This document shows, piece by piece, positions 56,847 through 64,000 of a DNA stretch of 64,000 bases (within the stretch, counting starts at the first letter, position 1; every line of letters begins with the position of its first letter). Below the pieces are notes generated by a model. The model was not told where the DNA came from. It made no database searches and worked only from the letters and a program-made list of their open reading frames with translations. The stretch is taken from positions 233,824-297,823 of the forward strand of contig JAXMOL010000001.1 in NCBI GenBank assembly GCA_034669905.1, given 5' to 3'. The translations under genes were made by a program, and so were the position numbers. The DNA is from Candidatus Hydrogenedentota bacterium. GTDB taxonomy: Bacteria; Hydrogenedentota; Hydrogenedentia; Hydrogenedentales; JAEUWI01.

Positions 56847-57742
56847 AACGCCCCTTCCTCGGGCTTGCGCCCATGCACGATGCAGTAGCTGAAATGGGGC
56901 CGACACATACCCAGCAGCATCCCCAAGAGGGGCGCGATGACGTTGTTACGCCGTTCCCGGTGCAGCGTTTTCAACTCTCCGCGTAACATCACCTTGACGA
57001 TAAACTTCAGCGCGGTCCAGGGCACGTGGGCCACCGAAGGGGCGACGTTCCAACTGATGTCGTCCACCCGGATATCCACAAAGCCCGCCCGCTCCAGGGA
57101 GCGTGTGAAGAGATTTATCTCGGCCATTTCCTGCAGGACCCAGCAATCGCAGCAGCGGCGATAGGCCCGGTCGATGAGGCGCGGCAGGGGCCGGGTATTA
57201 CGACGGAAGCAGTCGGCCACGGCGAAGCGCCCCCCGGGCTTGAGGGTTCCATGGAGGGCATCGATAAAATCCCACTTGTCCTTGCCCCGGGCGTAACACG
57301 CACTCTCGATGGCAAAGGCGGCATCGGCGGACTCCAGGCGACAGGGCAGGTCCAGGTAGTCCGCCTCCATAAGCAGCACCCGGTCTTCGAGTCCGGCGGC
57401 CTCGGTAAGCTTGTTGCCCTCCTCCACCTGCCAGGGCGTTACCGTGGCCCCCACAAATTGCGCATCGGCATGGCGGCCTGCCATGTGGCGCGACACCGTC
57501 CCCAATCCGCAGCCCAGATCCAGGACGAGGGGCTCGGCGACACCGTCGAGGGCGAGGCGGCTATAGACCTCGTCGCTCATGGCGTTGAGCATGCCCTCGA
57601 GATGGAAGGGGTTCGCACCGGAGCGGCAATAGCCAAAGTGCATATTGTAGGCCTCGCTCCACTCGCTGTAGTCGAGTCCGGCCGCCTCGAAGTAGGCCAC
57701 TATTTTTTCGTGGTCCTGTTGATGTACGACGTGGGTTCTCAT
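56843..57742 (-). CDS. SAM-dependent methyltransferase (tocopherol/sterol C-methyltransferase-like)
   Basis: MHFGY, VLDLGCGLG, AIESACYA, LKPGGRFAVAD. Confidence 0.85.
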   Translation of the reverse strand: MRTHVVHQQDHEKIVAYFEAAGLDYSEWSEAYNMHFGYCRSGANPFHLEGMLNAMSDEVYSRLALDGVAEPLVLDLGCGLGTVSRHMAGRHADAQFVGATVTPWQVEEGNKLTEAAGLEDRVLLMEADYLDLPCRLESADAAFAIESACYARGKDKWDFIDALHGTLKPGGRFAVADCFRRNTRPLPRLIDRAYRRCCDCWVLQEMAEINLFTRSLERAGFVDIRVDDISWNVAPSVAHVPWTALKFIVKVMLRGELKTLHRERRNNVIAPLLGMLLGMCRPHFSYCIVHGRKPEEGAL

Positions 57743-58434
57743 GGTTCTTCCCCTTCCGTCGGTGCGAGTCCTTCCACCAACTCCACAATGCGAACCGCTG
57801 ATTGGTTTACCCTCCGCATGAAGGGCAGGGTCGAGGCCTGCAGCAAGCGATGGAGCAAGGCCAGGCTGAGGTCCAACAACTCCTCGGTACGCCGTTGCTC
57901 CGGGGAAGGGTCGTTCATCCAGAAAAGGATGACGCCCATCTGGTAGAGCCACAACATCTTGGCGAGATGGGGACGGAGGGGCGCGGAGACCTTGACGTTA
58001 CTGCCTTCCAGCACTTCCTCGATAAGACCGATGGCCTCGTCGCGCATGGGTCGGGTCTCGGCGCTGAAGGGCGACAAGGGGTTGCGCCAATCGGTGGCCT
58101 GTCGTGCCAACACGGAAGCCAACTCGCGGAAGGGCTCCATCTGCGTAAACTTAAACTGGAGCAGGGCCTTCAAGCGCGTCTTGAAATCCTTCGAGGCGGC
58201 GGTGATGGTCGTGTTGTGGGACCGCGCCTCGGCCCCCGTCTCGGCGTAGAACTGGAGGACCAGCTCCTCCTTGGTCTTGAAGTGGTAATAGGCCGCGCCC
58301 AGGGAGAGGTCGCAGGCCTCGGCAATCATCCGCATGGTCGTTTTTTCGAAGCCATGTTCCTGGAAGAGCCCAAGGGCGGTCTCAAGGATGTGTGCGCGGG
58401 TGGCGGCGCTTTTTTTGGTGACTTTGGGTGTCAT
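57739..58434 (-). CDS. TetR family transcriptional regulator
   Basis: GFEKTTMRMIA...SLGAAYYHFKTKEEL HTH. Confidence 0.93.
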   Translation of the reverse strand: MTPKVTKKSAATRAHILETALGLFQEHGFEKTTMRMIAEACDLSLGAAYYHFKTKEELVLQFYAETGAEARSHNTTITAASKDFKTRLKALLQFKFTQMEPFRELASVLARQATDWRNPLSPFSAETRPMRDEAIGLIEEVLEGSNVKVSAPLRPHLAKMLWLYQMGVILFWMNDPSPEQRRTEELLDLSLALLHRLLQASTLPFMRRVNQSAVRIVELVEGLAPTEGEEP

Positions 58435-58458
58435 GGTCGTGGGAGCCCTTTCTTTTTC

Positions 58459-58500
58459 TGAACCTGTTCAAAGTATAGCGCGGAGGGGTGGGGTTGTCAA
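58459..58500 (-). promoter_or_regulatory. Sigma70 promoter and palindromic operator of the tetR operon
   Basis: TTGACA (58500-58495)-17 nt-TATACT (58477-58472); TGAAC-N2-GTTCA palindrome at 58459-58470. Confidence 0.8.
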
Positions 58501-58530
58501 TAAAAATAAACGCGTTCAAAAAACACAGCA

Positions 58531-58755
58531 AGGACCTGAAGAACGAAAGCGACATAAAGGACGGCTTGCACCTGGCAGCCATTCTCGAGGGCACATGCTC
58601 TTCGAATAAGGGGCACCGTACGTTGCGTGCTCGTTCCCAGGCTCTGCCTGCGAATGCCGCTCCCGACGCTCCGCGTCGAATTGAAACCGCTGAATCCACC
58701 TCCTCCCCCGCTTTGCGTCATCCGTCCTCTATGTCGTTTCCGTCCCTTGGTTCCT
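58531..58755. repeat. Composite repeat: 9-bp GAC/GTC arrays flanking a REP-like palindrome
   Basis: GAC/AAC at 58533/58542/58551/58560; GTC at 58724/58733/58742; inner ctcgttcccaggctctgcctgcgaatgc. Confidence 0.7.
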
Positions 58756-58829
58756 TTTTCCCCCGCCCCTCCGTCTGCTACTATCCAAGACTCAGTATCC
58801 AACACCCAGACCATACGAGGGAGCTTTCC

Positions 58830-60128
58830 ATGAAACCGATTACCCGTCGACAATTCCACGGTGCCCTGGCCGCATCGGCCGTGGCCCTTCAAATAAAATC
58901 TGCCCGGGCCGAAGTGGGCCCCAACGACCGCATCCGCGTGGGCGCCATCGGCTATGGGGGACGGGGCACGGGCAACCTGGCCGAGTTCCTGAACAATCCC
59001 GAGGTCGATATCCCCATCGTCTGCGATGTGGACGAAGCCCATCTCGCGAAAGCGGCTGACCACGTGGAAAAGCAGAGCGGCAAACGACCCGATACCGTCA
59101 ACGACTTTCGCAAGGTCATTGAGCGCAACGACCTCGACGCCATCCTGGTTTCCACACCGGACCACTGGCACGCTCTCCCCACGGTCTTCGCCTGCCAGAC
59201 CGGAAAAGACGTCTACGTGGAAAAACCCCTCGCCCGCACGGTCGACGAAGGCCGTGCCATCCTCGAAGCCACGCGCCAGCACAAGCGGGTCGTCCAGATG
59301 GGCACCCAATGGCGGAGTGGGCAGCACCATAAAGACGCCGTCGCCTATGTCCAATCGGGGAAGCTGGGCACCATTCGGGCCGTGCGCGGGTGGAGTTATA
59401 AGACCTGGGGCATCAAGACCCAGCCCGATGGCCCCGTGCCCGCCGGGGTGGACTATGACATGTGGCTGGGACCCTGCCCCGAACGGGCCTTCAATCCCAA
59501 CCGTTTCCACAGCAACTTCCGCTGGTATTGGGATTACGCCGGCGGCCTCATGACCGACCTCGGCGTCCACGTTATCAACCTGTGCCAATGGGCCACGGGG
59601 CCGGAGAATCCCTCCCGCATCATTTCCACAAGCAGCAACCAGATTATGGGCGATGCCATTGAAACGCCCGACACGCAAACGGCCCTCTACGAGTTTCCCA
59701 CCTACACCCTCACCTGGGAACACCAACTTCAGGGCACCGTGGGCCCCCACAAAGGCCAGAGCGGTGCCTGCTTCAGCGGCTCCAACGGGTCCCTCATCGT
59801 GTCCCAGAGCGGCTGGGAAGTCATCCCCGACCGCGCGGCAAACGGGGCCATCGAGGCCGAAGAACACCCCGCTCTGCCTGACGGACGCCCGGCCCACGTT
59901 CGCAACTTTCTCGACTGTATGGGCAGCCGTGAGTTGCCCGTATCCAACCCGGAAGTGGGCCACCACGTGACGGCCCTTGCCCACCTCGGCAGCATCGCCT
60001 GTCGCACCAAGAGCACGGTCATCTGGGACCCCGAGACGGAGCGGATTACCAACGATGCGGAAGCGGACGCCCTCGTGGGTGCCAACTACCGCGAACCCTG
60101 GAAACTGCCGTACAGCCGTCGCGGCTGA
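58830..60128 (+). CDS. Tat-exported Gfo/Idh/MocA oxidoreductase
   Basis: TRRQF Tat motif, GAIGYGGRG, STPDHWH, YVEKP, DLGVH. Confidence 0.92.
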   Translation: MKPITRRQFHGALAASAVALQIKSARAEVGPNDRIRVGAIGYGGRGTGNLAEFLNNPEVDIPIVCDVDEAHLAKAADHVEKQSGKRPDTVNDFRKVIERNDLDAILVSTPDHWHALPTVFACQTGKDVYVEKPLARTVDEGRAILEATRQHKRVVQMGTQWRSGQHHKDAVAYVQSGKLGTIRAVRGWSYKTWGIKTQPDGPVPAGVDYDMWLGPCPERAFNPNRFHSNFRWYWDYAGGLMTDLGVHVINLCQWATGPENPSRIISTSSNQIMGDAIETPDTQTALYEFPTYTLTWEHQLQGTVGPHKGQSGACFSGSNGSLIVSQSGWEVIPDRAANGAIEAEEHPALPDGRPAHVRNFLDCMGSRELPVSNPEVGHHVTALAHLGSIACRTKSTVIWDPETERITNDAEADALVGANYREPWKLPYSRRG

Positions 60129-60149
60129 TAGCCTTCCACCCGCTTACAT

Positions 60150-60184
60150 AAAAAACGACGCCCCTGTCGCGGGCGTCGTTTTTT
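60150..60184. terminator. Bidirectional intrinsic terminator
   Basis: aaaaaacgacgccc-ctgtcgc-gggcgtcgtttttt between convergent genes. Confidence 0.88.
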
Positions 60185-60200
60185 GTATACCAGGAAGCCA

Positions 60201-61436
60201 TCAATAGGTGACGGGGTCTGGAACTTCACCGTGTTGCACGTTCAGCAGGTTGGAACAGAGCTGGGCGCAATACCACTGCATGCGGGGCAGGTGAAAGGGC
60301 CCCTTCCAGAGATTGCCTTTCAGGGGCACCGAGATACGGCCATCGCGGTGGAGATAGCCATACCACTCGCCGTAGTCCCCGTCGGGGAAATGGGCGTAGG
60401 CCCAATCGTGGGCGAGCTGGTGCCACCGCGCATATTTCGCATCGCCGGTGAGCGCATAGGCCAGCAGGGTGGCGATGATGGTCTCATTTTGCGGCCACCA
60501 GAATTTCATGTCGTGCCAATACTCCTGCACGGGCAGCCCCTTCACATCACGGAAGTAAAGCATGCCCCCATACTCCTTGTCCCACCCCCGCTCCCACATC
60601 CAATCGAGCATCTGACAGCCCAGTTTTCGGAGGCGGGCGTCGTTTCCGCGCACGTGGGCTTCATGGAGAATAAACCAGGCGGCTTCAATGGCGTGTCCCG
60701 GATTGAGCGTGCGGCCGTCGAAGTGATCGATGAGTTCCCCCCCGGGCCCCACGTTTTCCATCACCACTTCCAACTCAGGCTTCACGAAATAGCGCTCGAT
60801 GCGTTCAATCGCTCCGTCGATGGTGGCGTCGGCCTGGTCATAGCCGATGCAATCCCGGAGGACCTGGCACGTGTTGATGAGTATCATGTTGGGCCCGATG
60901 CCCTGGCTCGGACGGGTGTCGGGGTCCACCTTGGGTGCGATCTTGCCCGCCGTCGTGTTGTAATCCACGAACTGCTCGAAATAGCGAATGGCCTCGGCGG
61001 CGTCCTCTTCGCTTTCAGAAACCCGCGCCCACGCCCCCAGGGCAATGGCGGCGAAAGATTCACTGAATACATAGCGGCGCTTCCGCAGGGGCTTGCCTTC
61101 GCGGGTCACCTGGAAATAGAGCTGGCCATCTTCAGAAGCACCATGCTTGCGAATAAACGCGATGGCCGATGCCCCGGCCTCATGCCACGCCGGGTCCGCC
61201 TCCACATGGTGGTGCAAGGTCGCCATGAGCCAGCCGAAACGCCCCTGTTGCCACAGCCCCTTGTCTGTATCCAGGAGGGAGCCATCGCGGTTCACGCTGG
61301 TCATTATGCCGCCATGCTCGGCATCCAATCCGTGCCGCAGCCAGAAGGGCACGACGTCGGCCAACAGCCCCATGCGGTAGGTCCTCGCCAGGGATTTGAG
61401 GGCGGCAGTGTTGAGGGGATCGAGGGCATGGTCCAT
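60201..61436 (-). CDS. N-acylglucosamine 2-epimerase (AGE family)
   Basis: DTDKGLWQQGR, NPGHAIEAAWF, MKFWWPQNE, GEWYGYLHRDG, KGPFHLPR. Confidence 0.92.
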   Translation of the reverse strand: MDHALDPLNTAALKSLARTYRMGLLADVVPFWLRHGLDAEHGGIMTSVNRDGSLLDTDKGLWQQGRFGWLMATLHHHVEADPAWHEAGASAIAFIRKHGASEDGQLYFQVTREGKPLRKRRYVFSESFAAIALGAWARVSESEEDAAEAIRYFEQFVDYNTTAGKIAPKVDPDTRPSQGIGPNMILINTCQVLRDCIGYDQADATIDGAIERIERYFVKPELEVVMENVGPGGELIDHFDGRTLNPGHAIEAAWFILHEAHVRGNDARLRKLGCQMLDWMWERGWDKEYGGMLYFRDVKGLPVQEYWHDMKFWWPQNETIIATLLAYALTGDAKYARWHQLAHDWAYAHFPDGDYGEWYGYLHRDGRISVPLKGNLWKGPFHLPRMQWYCAQLCSNLLNVQHGEVPDPVTY

Positions 61437-61641
61437 GGCGGCGCTTTCGAAGTCGAGCCCGGGCGCATCAGACGCCCTGGGAAAAAGTCTGGTCTTGAGA
61501 AAAGGATGGTAGCACGTTGGCCCCACGCCGCAAAAAAAAGAAGATGTCCGAGGTGGCGGCTTAGGAGGCACTTGATGTACCACCTCGAACATCTTCAAAA
61601 AACAGAAGGAGGATGACCAGAAAAAGACGGGCCCACTTCCC

Positions 61642-62115
61642 TCAGGATTTCTCTCCACGCACATCGACCTGCGTCACTTCGGCGACGGCTTTCAACACAT
61701 TGCGAAAGCCCTGCATGTCCGCCTCGGAAACACGCGCCACCACCGCTTGCTCAAAGCGCTCCACCACCGCCCCCGCATTTCGGGCCACCGCCTCGCCCTC
61801 GGGCAAGATGGCCAGCAAGAATGAACGGCGGTCTTCGGGGTTCACCTCCCGACTGATAAAGCCCCGCTCCGTGAGCCGGTCCAGCATACTCGTCACCGTA
61901 GATTTCTTATGGCCGAAGACCCGGCTGAGTTCACTCATGGGGCACGGCCCGAAGCGCTTGATATAGGCGACGATATGGACCTCCGACGAACTCACGCCCG
62001 CGTCACACTCACCGCCCTCCATATAGAGCATGGCCTGGCGATAGGCCTTGTGGAGGGGCGAGAGGATAAAGGTACCAATCTGCGCGCGCGTATCATTCAA
62101 TTTGGGATAGTCCAT
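61642..62115 (-). CDS. MarR family transcriptional regulator
   Basis: KSTVTSMLDRLTERGFISREVNPEDRRS wing motif. Confidence 0.92.
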   Translation of the reverse strand: MDYPKLNDTRAQIGTFILSPLHKAYRQAMLYMEGGECDAGVSSSEVHIVAYIKRFGPCPMSELSRVFGHKKSTVTSMLDRLTERGFISREVNPEDRRSFLLAILPEGEAVARNAGAVVERFEQAVVARVSEADMQGFRNVLKAVAEVTQVDVRGEKS

Positions 62116-62150
62116 ATTCGTACTATACGACATCTGAAATGATGCGTCAA
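62107..62150 (-). promoter_or_regulatory. Sigma70 promoter of marR with overlapping palindromic operator
   Basis: TTGACG-17 nt-TATAGT, 6 nt before the ATG; ATAGT-N10-ACTAT palindrome at 62107-62126. Confidence 0.75.
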
Positions 62151-62171
62151 GGGAAAATTGAGGGGGGATAT

Positions 62172-62211
62172 AAAAAGCGGCTCCCGGCACCATAGAGATA
62201 CCAGAAGCCGC
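62172..62211 (-). terminator. Probable terminator after the DUF1559 gene
   Basis: aaaaagcggct...agccgc imperfect stem with A-tract. Confidence 0.5.
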
Positions 62212-62248
62212 ACCGCTAAGACGTTACGTGGCGGTTAACCGGGACGGA

Positions 62249-63280
62249 TCAGCCCGCCGCACCCACCAGCAGCGCCATCGACAAGTCGACGGGGATGCCC
62301 GCTTTGTACTTGATGAACTTCACGTGTCCGTCCAGGTACAAGACGTTGGAACCACCGGGTACGTGATTGAAAAGATCGGCCTTGGCGCCCGCAATGTCAT
62401 ACAACACAAAGATGGTACTTTGCGCTTCGGCACTGGCGGCCGGGTTGTTAATGTCGGTAATCAGGAAGCGTTCAATGCCTTCCCGGAAACGAAGAACGTC
62501 TTCGCCCGTGACCGCATTGCTGACGCTATCTACGCCATCGGCGGCATTAAACATGACCTCATAGGCCTCGTCCGTCTGTGTGGCCGGATTCAACCCGGAT
62601 GCAACCAAGGCATTGGTGATGGGAGTCTCAATGCTTAAGACGCCCGCAAAGGCACCGAAGAGATCCAACGAGAAGAGTTCCGATCCGTTGATAAACCCAT
62701 CGGCAATGAGGTCATCGAGGTCCGTCCATCCAGTCGCACCGGAGACGGCAGACGCAGGAACCTGAAGCGCCGCATTGTCCAGATAGCGGTTAAACATAAA
62801 CGCGGTATACGCGTAGCTTTCATCGCCTTGCGCCGTGCCATAGCCGTTCTGGTCGCACCAGATGTGCCCCATGTTTTCACCCGTGGTTGGGTTTCCGAAC
62901 ACCGGGGGATCATCCTCGGAAGGACAACTCAGCACTTCGAGGTCGGTCAGATACTCGGGGTAGATCGCGTTGATATTGGGCGCGAAGGCGGAACCATTGC
63001 CCGGACCGCCCGTAATGGTCGCCAGGACCGTATCGTTGTCACCGGCTTCGCAGTCGTATCCCACCGGACCGCCGAATTCCGTAATCGGGTACTTTTCGCC
63101 TTTCGACTCGTTGGCGTACATTTTGAACACAATACCCATTTGCTTCAGGTTGTTCTGACATTGTGCACGGCGTGCGGCTTCCCGGGCGCGGGCCAGTGCA
63201 GGTAACAAGATTGCGGCCAGAATACCGATGATCGCAATAACCACCAGCAACTCAATCAGGGTAAATCCTTTTCTCTTCAT
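62249..63280 (-). CDS. DUF1559 prepilin-type N-terminal cleavage/methylation protein with H-X9-DG motif
   Basis: [58 protein letters not shown]. Confidence 0.93.
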   Translation of the reverse strand: MKRKGFTLIELLVVIAIIGILAAILLPALARAREAARRAQCQNNLKQMGIVFKMYANESKGEKYPITEFGGPVGYDCEAGDNDTVLATITGGPGNGSAFAPNINAIYPEYLTDLEVLSCPSEDDPPVFGNPTTGENMGHIWCDQNGYGTAQGDESYAYTAFMFNRYLDNAALQVPASAVSGATGWTDLDDLIADGFINGSELFSLDLFGAFAGVLSIETPITNALVASGLNPATQTDEAYEVMFNAADGVDSVSNAVTGEDVLRFREGIERFLITDINNPAASAEAQSTIFVLYDIAGAKADLFNHVPGGSNVLYLDGHVKFIKYKAGIPVDLSMALLVGAAG

Positions 63281-63653
63281 GATGATTTTCCTTAGCGTAT
63301 GATGTCATTGACCAAAAAACACATATGAATTAGGAATATGACCGATTAGACGCACCAAGTCCGCCTTCGGTTGCAGCCTACGCGCTCGATGGCGCAAAAG
63401 GCCATTAAATCTCCTCTCTGCCCCATACGGGCGATGGTGTTGACCAGCTCGAAATAAGTCCTACTTGTCTATTATTTTAGATCTTTCCCGATTTGTCAAT
63501 GACCTTTAACGTCTCTTTACCCAAATACTGATAATACTATCTGGTAACCAGAAAACCGCACCCTGCATTTTCCCCAAGCAATGGCAGGATTAAGTGTATT
63601 TCGCACTTACTCACATCGGGGCATGCGCCGTTACACGATGGCGGCGCTGAGGG

Positions 63654-63730
63654 ATGACAGGGCGACCAGATTAAGACACCGGCCGGTGAAGGCGGTCTAA
63701 TCCATTGGAGATAGTCCACATTCGTACTAT
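63654..63730 (-). pseudogene. Decayed copy of the marR 5' end and operator
   Basis: 63699-63730 matches 62095-62126 at 27/32 nt; VDYLQWIRPPSPAGVLIWSPCH aligns without gaps to MDYPKLNDTRAQIGTFILSPLH. Confidence 0.6.
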
Positions 63731-63931
63731 GGGACCTGGGAGAGGAGGCGTCACGGGGCCTTGGGATGACGAACAAAGCGCCACCGTTGTCTCGCTGGCG
63801 TCGTGGCTGCTATCCTTCTGCCGCGTGTTTCGAGGGCCGCTGTGGTAGTCTGGATACCCCGTACACGCACGTTTTACAGTCGTGTAACGCAAGTTCTGCA
63901 ATTGGCTGATGTTTCTGGTCTCTCTTGTTTA

Positions 63932-63969
63932 TACAGTTCCTCCCTCCTCCGGAGGAGGGAGGAACTGTA
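63932..63969. repeat. Perfect 38-bp palindrome
   Basis: tacagttcctccctcctcc|ggaggagggaggaactgta with no spacer. Confidence 0.9.
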
Positions 63970-64000
63970 CCAGGGTTGTGTTTTTCAGTTTTTTTCTTTA

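Overview
GC-rich bacterial chromosome segment. The DUF1559 prepilin-like gene, DUF1501/DUF1549-DUF1553 planctomycete-type cytochrome operon and Tat oxidoreductases suggest Candidatus Hydrogenedentota or a PVC-like lineage (inference). Housekeeping content includes ileS, rsgA, tRNA-Arg(ACG), yajD, a two-component system, a GT-C/flippase glycan cluster, an HtrA pair and a ThDP decarboxylase plus aldehyde dehydrogenase pair. The most unusual element was missed by the ORF track: a 663-bp-offset tandem duplication at about 6890-8030. Each copy has a sigma54-like promoter, a conserved 5' UTR, a strong RBS, a tiny gene and a terminator. The genes encode double-glycine-leader peptides (44 and 56 aa) whose cores, YKLKNVVVSS x2 and YKYKLTNVVVSSYDTSG, resemble a beta-strand of the T6SS tube protein Hcp. 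Other highlights are five Cys7-His repeats fused to a dihaem cytochrome c/LRR protein and an active plus predicted-dead HtrA pair. The window also holds a candidate OgdA/SSADH TCA bypass, a low-GC methyltransferase cassette beside a phage-like gene, and a decayed copy of the marR 5' end. Eight intergenic arrays show exact 9-bp GAC periodicity, several bracketing REP-like elements. All family assignments are by motif recognition; no database searches were run.
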